From: Lama guanicoe
Taxonomy: Eukaryota
Assembly (NCBI GenBank): GCA_013239625.1
Contig: MU054117.1
Span: 2,852,011 to 2,916,010, forward strand
Length of the DNA stretch: 64,000 nucleotides
Direction: 5' to 3'
The position numbers were made by a program, and so were the translations under genes. How positions within the stretch are numbered: position 1 is the stretch's first letter; the number at the start of each line of letters is the position of its first letter. Shown here in pieces: positions 25,696 to 38,277 of the stretch. The notes beneath the pieces were generated by a model. It was given only the letters and a program-made list of their open reading frames with translations. It did not search any database and was not told the origin of the DNA.

Positions 25696-28600
25696 TGGTG
25701 CTCTGGGGGGTGGGGTGGGGAGTGGGACAGAAGAGCCCATGGTGCTGCTCCCGGAAGGATGGGAGCTCCTTGGTGGAAGCTGTTGTGAAGCTGGGACTGG
25801 CCCAAGGGCATCTCCCCTGCAACCCTCGGGGGTGGGAGGAGGGTCCTGGAGCTGGGGTGGGGGGATGTGAGTTAACCTAGAGCGCCCCAGAAGAGGAGGC
25901 CACGTGCAGCCTGGAGGGAGGCCGAGGTCAGGAGCAGAGGAAGCCAGGAGGGCCCGGAGGAGAAGGAGATGGTGGCTGAGTGTGTGGTCCTGGGCCCCTG
26001 GTGAGAGACTAGGGCGGGGTCTGAGGGTGAGGCCGATGGAGGTACCCTCCGGACTGTGGTGGTGGATGGTTGCGTTCCTGTTCCTCTGCCCCACTGCCGG
26101 CTGCCTGGGCTGGTGTCAGCGTCTGGCAGGGCCTGCGCGCCCCCCAGCATCAGGAACGTGCCCATCTTGAATGGGGCACCCACAGAGCCCAGATCAAGCA
26201 GCTCGGGTCCTGGCGGTGGCAACCTGGGCTCCTACGGAAGCTCCCTTCCCCAGTGTGTTGATGTATCTCCAGTCCCCCTGCCACCTCTAACCCTTTAGCC
26301 TCGGGTCCCCTCCCAGAGAAGACAGAGTCAGAAGGGGGCCTGCCAGGTCAGCAAAGGCCTGATTCTCCAAAGGCCCAGAATGTTCCCTTCCTGGGAGAGG
26401 GCAGAGGGTGTGGGATCCTGCCCCTGGGGAAGTGCCTAAGTGCGGATCCCTTGTGTCCTCCTGGGCTGGGAGAGCCCTGGGCAGCCCGGGCTGGTTGTCA
26501 GTGTGACCGAGGCGTGGTGAGTCAGGAGAACAGATCAGCAGGATTCTTCTCTGCGCCCAGGGCCGGCAGTGAGCCTCCCAGGAGATCATCCGTGCAGGAA
26601 GGAGCAGAACCTAGAGGTGGGGAAACGTCGTGCTGCACGCATGGTCACGTGGTCTGGGAATCTTGCAGTGGCCTCCTAATAGGGAAGACCAGCCTGGGGC
26701 AGGAGGGGAGACACACTCCCACCTGTTACCTGGAGGCTGACGGTGGCTTCCAGACCAGGGGTGCGTGCTGCGCCTCCCCAGCACGGCGGCTCCGGCTCTG
26801 GTCTGTTCTGGGGAGCAGACGCGGTGCTGGGCAAGGGGAACCCAGCAGAGAACAAAGCAGACCCCAAGAGCAGCCTCTGAGCAAGAGCGACGCCGATTAC
26901 GAGGCAGCGGGGACTCTTAGGGGTTGAAGGGAACCTCTCTGAAGATGTGACTTTAAACAGAAACTTGAAAACGCAGGAGGAGAGGATAAGGGAAGGAGGG
27001 GCAGGGACAGCACGGCCCGGGCCCTGCCCAGAGGGGAAGAGGGAAAGGCTGAGGCTGGGGGAGCAGGCGGAAGGGGTCCGAGGTGGAGAGCCGGTGGCCA
27101 CGTCAAGGAGGCTTGTCCTTGGGCGGTGAGAAGACGCTGGAGGGCTTGAATCAGGACCCGGTTCCCACGCCACCCGTGCTCTGAAGCTGATGAGCTCAGT
27201 TTGGCGGTGGCTTGCCCTGCAAAACGGCCCTAGACTTCACTTATTGCTGCTTCAGAAAGTCAGCCGCAGAAAGGTAAGCGGGGAGGCAGCCGGCAGGATG
27301 TCTGGAGCCCTGGGGGAGCGGGGGCTTCTCTGGGTGCTGCTGTGCAAGATGGCAGGAGTGCGGACGGCCGTCCAGGAGGATCACCGCGCGCACCTGTAGG
27401 GAATCGCAGAGGGGCAGCTTGTGCGGCCCTGAAACCATCGGGATCGTCCTTTCCGGTGTCGTGTCGCCCTGCTCTTCCCACAAGGGCGGCTCGGAGGATG
27501 TCATTGTCTGGGAGGCGGGAGGGAGCACGGCGTCCGCGGGAGGCTGGCGGGTGCTCCGGGATTGTTCTGCTGTCTTCAAGCTCCCGGCGGCCGTTTCCAG
27601 GGGAGCCCGGTGGGCGGCACCATGTTCCACTCCCAGAGCCCATCCTCAAAGCATCTCTCAGGCTCCGTAGGTGGCAGTGGTTCCTGATGCGATGACCATG
27701 GCTTTCTGGCCATGGTTCGTTCCCTTGGTTGGATGGAGCTTCATGATTGAAGCCAAAGACCCCGGCTTCTCAGGCTCCCGCTCAGCTTCGTGGTCGTGGT
27801 CGATGCCTGGAACTCCAGCCGGCCCCAGAGATAAACAGACCTGGGGTGGCAGCCCGGCTCCTCCAGCCGGCGGCTGTGAGCCTGCAGCAAGTTAGTGAAA
27901 TTGCCTGTCCCCATGTGAATCCTTCCTCTGCTCAATGGCCTGATCATCACTCCTTTGTCCTGGATGACGAGATAGTGCGGGATGGCCGGGAAATACACCG
28001 TGCTCAGACTGAACCGAGCGCCCCGGACAAGGACGTGCAGGGGCCCCTGGTGGGAGAAGCGCCTTCAGGCAGTCTCTGCCCACAGCGGGTCAGGGTGCTT
28101 GCTTCCTGGGGCCAGAGACAAGGTACACGATCCTCTGTTGCTTGGAAACCTTTCTGAAGGTGACCTTGGAGAGGCTGGGATCAGGGACGACGGGAGAGGT
28201 CAGAGCAGGGCCAGGGCTTGGGGGACCTCAAGCTATGAAACAGGACTCAGGACTGGGCCCAGAGTTGGAATGGGGGCTGATGCCTGCCCGTTGTGGCAGG
28301 AGGCTGCCCCTGAGACGGGAGCAGCCTGGGGCACGGTGCAGTGTGGACTCTGACCTGGAGGACTGCGTTCCAGCCCCGAGTCTCCCATAAGCTCCCGGCT
28401 GTGTGACATGCAGCAAGTCAGCCTCTCTGCCTCAGTTTCCTCTACCTGCAAACTGGCGGTGACCCTGTCACCTCCCTCGGGGTGGAGGTGCAGGCCAAGT
28501 GGGGACCGTGCCCGGGACCCAGCGTGCTTGTGTGTGACCCATATTACGACTGTGATGGCAGCTCTGACGGGGGCCAGCCTGAGCGTCGCCGGGGCTGGGA

Positions 28601-31600
28601 CGCACGGCCCTGCTGAGCCCTGCTGAGCCCTGCTGGGCTCCCTACGCCTCTGGGTGAATGTCTGCCCACCCGCGCCTGCTGTGTTAGCCTGTCTCCCCCA
28701 CTGAGCTCCTGGGGGCAGGTGCATCTCACTTACACTTGCGTTCAGTGCTGGAGACAGAGCCCGGCCGTCACAGGGGTCCAGGGAGTATTTGCCAAATGAG
28801 CAGGTGATGACTTGCAGCCGTGATGCTCCCGTCAGCTGCCAGCACCTGATGCTGCCACTCTCGGAACCTACCTCCGTGTGGCCTGGAGGCCTGCACTGTC
28901 CCCGCTGGGCCTCCGTGTTCTCACTTGTAAAATGGCAGTGTCAGCCTAGACTCTCCAGGCCTCCATCCAGCGTGCAGGTCTGTGACTTTCCAGTCCTGCA
29001 GCTCCACAGTTTTTAACTGTGTGGCCCTGGCTCAGAGCTGTCCAAGCACCTCCTAGTGGGGAGGGGAGAACAGGTGCCGGGCTTTCGGGGAGGTCAAGGG
29101 TCAAGGTGAGAACAGGAGGTGAGGAGGAAAGGCGCTTCCCCCCAGGACTGCAGCGGCATCACCCGTGGGGACTGCCAGTGCGCAGCAGAGGGGAGCGGGG
29201 CTGGCCAGGCTGGTGTCAGCCGTGGCTCTGCTGAGCTGGGAATATCTCTTGGGAAATCATTTTAATAACTGAGAGGAAATGGAATTACGGATGCGGCTGC
29301 TGCCTGGCCAGGGCTGGGCGTTAACTTGGCTCTGCTGATGCTGCCTGTCGACAGTCTCCGATGAGAAGCCCTCGCGAGCGTCACTCCCGGTGCTTCTAAC
29401 GAGTGGGCCTCGGAGAGGCGGGCTTCCGGGGAAGGCGGGGAGGGCTGGGCCGGGGTCCAGGAGTAGGGGAGGCCTGGGAGAGGTGGACGGGATCACGTTG
29501 AACAGTGATCTGGCCGGGGCGTAGGGTCCTGGGTAGGACAGCTCCAGCCCTGCTCTGGAGGAGGTCCTCACGCTCTGTGAGTCTCAGCCTCCTTGGAGAG
29601 AAAATGGTCCAAGAGGGTGCACAGGAGAGACTTGTGAACTCTGAAGTCCGGCTGCTTGTGAGTTTTCTGTTATCCCTTCCCAGTCCACAGCGCACAGCCA
29701 GGTTTGATTATTCAGGATGTGGAGGGTGGGGGAACGATGGCCTGGGGAATTCAAAGTAGCGGGTGATACAAAATTCAGTTTTATGTGGCTTGAGGTCTGC
29801 AGTGTGTAATCCCTCCTGACTCTAACCACTGCAACCCTGGCAGCGGGCCGCCTGCCCGCAGGTGGAGGGCACGCCGTGGGGCCCACGTATCGAGCCTCCA
29901 CGTGTTGATGCTCAGGGCTTAGAGAGAATTTGGTTTAAGTTGCAGCAGGGGAAAGTCGGGTTAGATCCACCAAAGTGAGCCGAGGACCCAGAATATCTGG
30001 GGACGGACGGGGACGCCGGCTGTGACAGTAGCCCACCACCGGTGGGTGACTGGGAGCTGTGGGGCTCTGGAGGTAGCAGACGGCCTTCCTGGACAACTGA
30101 ACGCTGGATGCGGGAAGGCTGGCTGTGATCGCCTGGCAGCGAGCCAGGAGCCAGCATGTCCTCACCTGTCCTCACATGTAGCCGAGGGACTCTAGACCCC
30201 AGGGCCACCCAGCCATGGCTCAGGCTGCAGACTTCAGGGCCGCCGAGAGAAGGGGAGGGGTGGGGAGAGGAGGGGGAGATGGGGCTCAGGAATGAAGAGT
30301 GCTCTGGGAGGATGGGAGGGGGTGGGGGTAGGGGAGGAAGGAGAGAGGGCGGGGCGGGTACGGAGGAAGGAAAATGAGGCCTCATCTGCTTGTTTGTGTT
30401 TCCTGTATTTAAGATGCTGACTTCTAGCATATTTTTAAATCCATCAGACGCGAAAGGCTGATTTAAATAGATCTGCAGTGTGAAGCTGGTAATTTCACTT
30501 GCCACAGTGGAGGAGCCGGCAGGATTCAGCGCCTCTCCCCATGCCAGGGACGCTATAGAAACACGCATCTCCCTGGGGCTTTCAGGCAGGTGCGTGCCTC
30601 CCTGACTGTGGGAGGGGGACACGGACTTGGCGGGAGTGGGTGAGAGTTAGCAGGAAACTGAACTGGAGGCGTGAACCAGCCCAACATTATCCTGGCCCAG
30701 GGGGGCTTCGTGGTTCAACCCATTCTGACTCCCAGACACATCTTACACGACATACTGTCATTTCAGTGTCAGCCCGAAAGAATCCTAGACTCTTGGGGTT
30801 GGTGCAGTGCGGGTGGGGGCCTGGTAGTTTGCAGCATCCAGTGTCTCCCTGCATTCCTAAGAGCAGAGCCCCCACATCTGCTTGAACATCTCCAGTGTCA
30901 GAGAGCTCGCTGCCTAGTGAGACAGCCTGTCCCGTTGCTGGGCAGCGTGCACCAGGACAAGGCCCCCTGGGGGCAGCTGCAGTCCGCGTTCTAGTCTGGT
31001 CCTCTTGGCTTAGTGCCAAAGTCAGCCCTCATCCCTGAACACGGTGTTCAGGTCCCTCCCCAGCTCCAAGCCTAGGCCAGTTCTGAGGCCCCTTACTGTC
31101 AACTATTATGCCGTTCAGTCTCTGCAAAACCCAAATATTTCTGGGAGCTAAATTGACATCTTCCCTGCTGTAGGAGTGCATCTTTCCCGATGCAGCAAGA
31201 TTCCGGAAGCAACAGAAGACTCTGTCATTTATTTTGTGCTGTCATTCAACACACTTGGGCCCCTACTCTGGGGCCAGGCTGGACCTACCGCTGGCATTCA
31301 GGGTATGGAGGTCCCCTCCTCCCCAGGAAATTATCTACGGGGCGAGGAGGCCAACTCCTAAAGAGAAGAGTGTGCACGGGTCGGGTGGGGTGGGGGGCCA
31401 GGCCGGGGTCGGCTCCGCGCCCTTCAGGGAGGGGAGCCTGGGGTTGCTGTCTGTGAGTTTTCACAAGCCGTTAATGTGTCCTTGGGGGCTTCCCGGTGTC
31501 TCCTCCCCTCAGTGCACCGGAAGTTCAAGGGCCTTAAGCAGCCTTGCCTTCCTTCCCTGCTCCTTCACCCCCTGACACAGCTGAGATTCACACTGGGTGC

Positions 31601-31697
31601 CTGAGAGCCTCATTTGCTGGGCGTTGAAGACACTCAGCCCTTCACTCCTTCATGGGACATAAATGTTTGCGGAGGAGGTCGTTCCGAAAAGAATGTA

Positions 31698-31800
31698 CTG
31701 TGGTAAAATATACATAACACACATTCACCATTTCAACCATTTAAAATGTCCAATTCAGAGGCACTAAGCACATTCACAGTAGTGGGTGCAGCCAGCACTC
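31698..31800 (-). mobile_element. Old L1M 3'-terminal fragment, antisense
   Basis: tgtggtaaaatatacataaca...ttcaccatttcaaccatttaaaatgtccaattcagaggcactaagcacattcaca. Confidence 0.7.
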
Positions 31801-33794
31801 CCTGCCCCCCAACCCGAGACCGTGCCCACCGCCCCACAGAGAAGGTCCTTGGGACACCGCGCGTGTGAAGGTGCTTCAGGGACGAATGCGGCACCCGTGG
31901 GACCTCCACCTGCCTGGTGTCTAGGCAGCACCAGGCCCCAGCAACTACAAAGTTCTGAGACCAGAGCCCTGCTGGGGGAGCCTGGAGCCTGGAGCCTGGC
32001 CCCCGCCCACCTTCAGGGCAGCGGGGGAAGATGCGGAACAGCCCGAGACCAAGTCTCCGGCTTTGCCCTACCAGCCAGGAAGTAGGAGACGCGCTTACCT
32101 GAGGCCCCAGCTTCTCTCGGTTACCATCCCTCCTATTGCCTTTTGCTCTGGTCCCTTCGCGGGAGACAGACGTCATGCAAGCGCTGTTTAGAGCTCTTCA
32201 GTTGGCTAAGGCCCTACCCAGGCTTCTCACGCGACCTGCACACCGCCCTGGGAGACCGGTAGGGCAGAGAGCCGTTTTATGGATTTGCCAGCTGGGGCTC
32301 AGAGCATCAGGCAGTCCTGGGTTTTGCCCAGGGCCACCAACTTGTGAGCAGGTTCTCACTCTGCACAGGTCCTCGGGCTAGAGGAAGCACTGGGATTGGT
32401 GCCGCTGCGCGAAGGTGGCTGGTTCCGCTCCAGGAGGGAGGCGGACCGGGCCGGGAAGCGCGCTTCACTGCCCGGAGGCACGGAGCCCGGGTCCCGCTGG
32501 CCGCTGAGCGGCCTGCAGGTAACAACGGCGCTGGGATGGAGGCTTGGATGGGCCCCACGCTGTCGCAAAGGCAGTCAAATGGCAGCAGCTGGAATGCTCC
32601 TCGGCACTGTGTTGTAAACCCAGAAGCAGCCCCTCGTTTGCACCAGTAAGCCAAACCCCGCAGGTCGCCTCGGCCACAGGGGCCCAGGCGTGCAGCCTCT
32701 GGGCCCCGGGCCCCTGGGGAGTGAGTGACCCACCCAGAGGTGGGCCTTGCTCTCGAGACGCCAGCTCTGCTCTCACCGGGACCTTCAGGCGAACACTGCC
32801 GGCCAGACCCCGCGTGACAGGCGGTGACAGAGGTGAGTGCTCCCGCCCTCCGGAGGCAGTCCCCGGGTGCCCGCACCGCCTCCACAGAGTGGCCCAGCAG
32901 CCCACGCCCCTGTGCCGGGTCACCCCGAGCCTCTGCCCTGGACACCTGCTCACGGAACCCCAGGTTCCACAGTCACATGACCCAGACTCACTCTGAGGCC
33001 CCTTGAGGGCCACATGCTTCAATCCCTGTTTTCAAGCCAAAAAAGCTCCCCCCTCCCCATGCACGTGCTCGGGCACCTGTGCTCGGCGGCGCCGGGGCCG
33101 GTGCCGTCACAGGGGGCCGCGGCCGGCAGTGCGCTCGGTTCACATCTCAAACGCCTGCAAGATGCCAACATCACGGCCACTTTTAAAAAGAATTAATACA
33201 GCCTTCTGGAAAAGGTAAAATCAAATGAAGTCAGCAGCTGTGGACCTGGGGTCAGGCCTCCCTGCCTGCCTGTCAATCTACCAAGTTAATCAGCACGTAC
33301 GATTTTCTGAGAGCTATTTTGAGGACATTTAGAAAGTGGCTTTTACACGCTGTGTGTGCCTTATTTACACCCTCCGGACACGGTCGCTCTGTTTAGCAGC
33401 AGATGTTTTTTTTCCCCCTTGTTTTCTTTTCCTCTCGTCAAAGTCAAGCCTGTAGTGAGCCCACTCCCTAACCCCAGGCAAACACTTCTCAGCCCCAGAG
33501 CACCTGGAGTCGGGGTTGTGGGTGGGCAGTGGTTTTCAAAGGCGCGGCTCCAGAAAACCCAAGCGGACAAATAGGGGAGGTGTGGTGGCTGCTGAGAGAG
33601 GAGGGGCCCTGAAGCTGGGGAAGGAGCAGGACCCCTGGGGGGACAGGGTGGAACCAGAGGTAGGTGCCCAGGTCCATGACGCATGTGCCGAGAGCATCCC
33701 ATCAGGTCCAGGGACAGGCTCTGAGGCCAGACCAACGCCCTGGCACCACCCAGCGCTGTCTCTGGCCTACAGGAAGCAGCAAGTCGCTGGCACA

Positions 33795-33808
33795 GTTGCC
33801 ATGGCAAC
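33795..33808. promoter_or_regulatory. Perfect palindromic RFX X-box GTTGCCATGGCAAC
   Basis: Exact match to the RFX consensus palindrome; function is untested. Confidence 0.55.
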
Positions 33809-34150
33809 CTCAGGGGCCAGGCTCAGAGGAGCATGGGCGGGGGGAGAAGGCACGTGGTGGCTTTTCTGGAAAAGTCCATCTGTTTCTTTCCCCCAAGAAA
33901 CCAAGTTGATGGGGGAGAAAAGAAAGGAACAGGCCTCCGGGTCTAGACAGAGACGGGAGAGAAAAGACCCCAAGATGCACCAGGAGCAGCTTTCCTGGTG
34001 GGATGTGCTCCCCTTCCCTTGGGGCACGTCACCCACAAGGACAGCGGTCCAGGCGGGTCTCGGTCGGGGCCCTGGCGCAGGAGCCCGTGTGCAGGAGGCA
34101 GGGGAGACCCTGTGGCCTCGGGCCCGGGCGGGGGTCCTGGGAGGCCTGTA

Positions 34151-34235
34151 TCAGCCGCAGCAGGCTTTCTTCTTGGCGGGGCGGTCGACCTGAAGCGTGT
34201 CCCCCCTCACTGTGTCTTCTTGCTCCTTGAGGATC
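34151..34235 (-). CDS. CRACR2A: CRACR2A last coding exon 20 (85 bp of CDS): (R)[27 protein letters not shown]
   Basis: Acceptor cccctctcccag; TGA at 34153-34151; polybasic stretch plus di-cysteine prenylation tail. Confidence 0.95.
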
Positions 34236-35048
34236 CTGGGAGAGGGGAAGGTACAGGGTCACAGCGGAGAAGCTGCTAGGCACCTCAGGTTACAGGCCGC
34301 CTGGACCACAGGGAGGGACCCAGCCTCACCGGAGCATCAGAGACAGTACTCCAAGTCGCCCCCTGGCGAGCCCAGGTGCACGACTGTAATGGATAAAGCC
34401 GGAGTACAGTCCATACGGCTCCTTCACAACGCCTCCTCCAGGAAGCCTCCCCGATCCTCTGGGTGGCGTAAGTTCCCCAGCAGCACTTGGCCCCTTCCTC
34501 TGCTGTAACCCCATCACCGGGTGTAATGCACTGTCCACGGTTGGCTCCCTGGGCAGAGAGTGAGCTGCTGGGAGCAGGGGCTGTATCTTTGGTCTCTGCA
34601 GCGTATCACAGTACTGGGCACACAGTGGAGGCTCAGGAATGATACTGATTGGTTATTAACTTTATGGAAGGGCTTCCCCCTTGGCCCCAGCTCCAGATAA
34701 AATATAAGAGGTGAAGGATTAAAAATAGCAGTAAGTATCCTATCTCTGCTTTATACTTTCAAAGAACTTCCACCTCAGCGTCTCTTCTGATTTTCACAAC
34801 AGCCCCTGGGCGGGCAGGGAAGGTACACACGGATGTTGGGGGTCAAAGCTCAGAGAGGCAGGGTGACTTGCCTGGGGGTCAGTGGCAGAGAAAACCCTAG
34901 AACTTTCCCCATAACTCCCTAGGTCTTCCATAACCTAACCCCTCCAGTGCATCGAAGTTGTTCTGGGCTCTTAATTACTCAAATAAAAATAGGTTTGAGA
35001 TGCCCCAGAATGAATGCTGAGCATAAAATGAGTCTAGTCAGTATCTGC

Positions 35049-35151
35049 TGGATGGAAAGTGGATGGATGGATAGATGGAATGGTCGGATGGATAGAATGG
35101 ATGGATGATGGATGGATGGATGGAATGGATGCATGCGTAGATGGATGGATG
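35049..35151. repeat. Degenerate (GGAT)n simple repeat
   Basis: Read directly from the sequence. Confidence 0.88.
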
Positions 35152-35656
35152 AACGTGTGAATGTCGAAGGATTAAAAATTGGTCTGTGTGGTCTGTTTCC
35201 TTAGTTTCGGTGTAGGCAGAGGCTTATGGGACCAGTCCTTTGAGCACCATCCCCTTGGGTGCCTCTGTCCCCATCACAGCCCCTCTTCTTGGCTGCCCCT
35301 CCCCCACCAGGAGCCCGCATCACCGTCCTCTTGCCCCCTCTGGCTGCCAGCTAAGCCCCACTAAATATTAGCCAGCCTTGAGGGGCCTCTGATGTGACCG
35401 TTCCCAGGAATATTTGCATTTAAAAAGAGGATCCCTGGGAAAAGGACAGCCCTTTAAGTCTCAGAAGAAGGTGGCTGCAGAAGGGGTGACAGGCAAGGGG
35501 GCTTTCGTTTTGTCACTGTGTTTCAGAGGGCTGTCCCTGACCCCTGGGTTCCCACACAAAGGCCAAGGCCTGCAGCCCCTTTACCCAGACAGAGGCAGGG
35601 CCTCCCCAGGGACGGCACAGCAGGGGCACGTCCCCTGCTGGGTTGTCTCTCTTTAC

Positions 35657-35733
35657 CTGGCCAGATGGAGCACGGACTCTCGGGTGTTGTGACCGGAGTA
35701 GGCACTGCATTCATAGAAGATCAGACTGTTTTC
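35657..35733 (-). CDS. CRACR2A: CRACR2A exon 19 (77 bp): ENSLIFYECSAYSGHNTRESVLHLA(R)
   Basis: Acceptor tgtgactccag, donor AG|gtaaag; ECSA G5 motif. Confidence 0.95.
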
Positions 35734-36674
35734 CTGGAGTCACAGAACAGAGGGAAGGAAGGAGGAGGTGGGGGCGCTGGAGGGGGCGAGGGGAGGCGGA
35801 GGAGAACGCCTGTCGGCATCTCCCACGCCCTCCCTTCCTCTCGCCCCCTTCCCACTCTGTGCCAGGTTGATTTCTGTGCCCTCCGGCTCCCTGACTGAGG
35901 GGGCGTCCGGAGCCATCGGTAACCTGGGTGAGCTGTACCAGCTGCAAACAGCACAACCCACGCTGCGGCCCCAGCGCTCCACGCCTCCAGCTGCTCTCCG
36001 GTGTGTCCGGGCCCGTTTCCCCTTTTCACTCCAGCCTGGGAAGCAGGCAAAGACTGAGGGCATCCTTCCCACGTCACAGGCAGGGAAGCCGAGGTGAGAG
36101 GCCCGTCAGGTCGCAGCAGGGGTCCCAGCAGCCAGTGCTCCCCAGGACGTTGGCCCAGTGAATTAATACACTGCCAGCAGCCCACGTGTCTCGGGACAAC
36201 ACCCATCACTTCACTGGGCCAGCATGGGGGTGGGGTCAAGGGTCATTGTTATCCACCCATCACTCCCATCAACAGGTCTCCTGCTTCGCTAATGCCAGTG
36301 CTAGTGGCATCTGGCATGAGCCCTGGAGGCTGGTGCCCTGTGGGGACGGGCAGCTGGGGATGCCTGCAAACGCTGGCCCCACCCATCCTCTGCCCCCTTC
36401 ACCAGCCCCCGGCACACCTCTGTCCCACCCCGACTCCCCTTCGACCTGTGGCAGAATGGAGGCTCCGTGGTGGGGGTGGGGCACGCCCGGACCCAGAACT
36501 GGGAGGCAGCATTTGCCTTCCAGCTTCAGCCCTGAGCCCACCAGGGAGGAACTGCGTGATAATTCGAAGAAATCACTTAACTTCTCTGAGTCGTGTTTTT
36601 TGTTTTCACTTACAGAAAAAAAAAAAGGCGGAGGGGTGGGGGTAGAAAGAAGAGAAAAGAAAACGGGATGGTAA

Positions 36675-37000
36675 CACAGGGCTGCCGTCCCTCGATCAAA
36701 ATCCTTGAATCCAGATGCATCTTGGAATCCAGAATTTTTACATTTTAGAAAGAAGATGCAGGCACATAGCATGTATTACATAATAGCCTCAGCGAGTCCG
36801 GGAGAGCGCCCTGTAATCTACTGTATGAATATTTCTTCAGGGGAACATTCGAATATTCATTCAAAATGAAGTGAACAAAAACCCGTAAATGGTCTCACAG
36901 TGGTTCTGGTCAGGTTTTTCTGCCAAACAAAGTGCAAAAAAAGCCCCTCCCTGCGCTTAGAGCTCTGCGGATTCAGAATGGTGGATGCGGGTCTGCGTGT
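36675..37000. mobile_element. MER46C-like TcMar-Tigger relic
   Basis: ccagatgcatcttggaatccagaatttttacattttagaaag...ggtcaggtttttctgccaaac...ggattcagaatggtggat resembles the recalled consensus. Confidence 0.6.
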
Positions 37001-38175
37001 GGACATGCGGCTGCCGGGGGGGCCCCCCTTCCTCCTCCTCTCCCCTCGAGCCTCGCCGCCTGTGCCCGCCTTCCTGGCCTCTGAGGCCAGGAGCCTCCGA
37101 CTAGACCTACGAACACACTAAGAATTACGGGGTCCTGGGAAATCCTTGTGGGGAAGCACCAGCGCCCCCGACACGTGGTTCCCGGAAAACTGCTCTGCTT
37201 GGGCCGGGGGGCTGAAGCTTGCTTTAACAGAAAGCTTCCCAGCACGTGCCCTGAGTTTATCTTGGGCTTGCGTTGGGAGGCTCAGCCTTGGTAGGAAGGG
37301 AGAGCGCTCTAACAGAGCTGTCCGGGGAAGGGCACATTGTCTGGTGGGTGGTGAGCGCTTCATCCCTGAGCGCGACCAAGCGGGGAAGCACAGATGATGG
37401 GATTCAAGTATCAGATGCGGGACTGAAGTAAGTAATCTCCTTACTGTGAGTGAAAAACAACTGCCTGCCGTCGGTAAGTGAAGGATGCTGCAGCCATCAA
37501 GCCCTCCCACTGCAGCTGCCCCGACGGGGAGCCCAGGGGGCGCTCAGGATGGAAACAGGGTGTTTGATACCAAGCCGCCAGCCACTGCAGGCACCCCAAA
37601 AAATGGCACCCCCCCGAGGAGACTCGGAATGGGGAAGCACAGGACACTGGCCCTAGACATCGAAGGAACGATTTCAGTGAGCCCAGACTTTTGCAACTTC
37701 CCATTCACAGAAAAGCGCTAAATTTCCTTAACTTGAGATGTCTGCTTTTCTTTAATTAACACCAATCTTTGGATGTTCCAGACTAGCTGGTCTCTGCAGC
37801 AAACACTCCTGTGTATCCTGGCTCCTCCCCTACCTCTTCGGAGCCGTCCCTCAGAGCAATCTCAGGAGTGAAGACTGCAGAAAGTCCACCAAATAAAACA
37901 AAATTCTCAACTTCGAGGCTGTATAGTGTTTTCTCGGCTGACATTGCTATCCGAGGATTCGTAATTCCGAGTTCCAAGAAAGAATCTGGGAAACTGCCCC
38001 CACTCAAGTCAAGTCCCTCTTACAGCCTGTGGCTTTCTGGCAAGTTCCACATGCACAGCAGCTGGACCGTCCCCACAATGCCAGGACACCCATCTGGCTC
38101 ACTTGCCTCCTTCCCAAGGGGCTCCCAGAAAAGGTTCCCGCCCTGTCCAGAGAGACGGGAATGCCCGCCCCTTAC

Positions 38176-38277
38176 CTTGGCCAGCTGCTCCCCCAGGCCC
38201 CGAGGGACTTCCCGCTCTTTCTCGTTGTCAATTTTATTGCCCAGCAGAAGAATGGGGATGCGGCCTCCCACGGCTTC
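38176..38277 (-). CDS. CRACR2A: CRACR2A exon 18 (102 bp): [34 protein letters not shown]
   Basis: Acceptor ctgtcccgcag, donor AAG|gtaagg; NKxD G4 motif. Confidence 0.96.

Noticed and set aside
29912..34193. Intergenic ORFs of 212-236 aa (29912-30622, 32307-32945, 33516-34193)
   Set aside because: Low-complexity Pro/Gly/Ala/Arg composition typical of GC-rich non-coding DNA, with no recognisable family or exon structure
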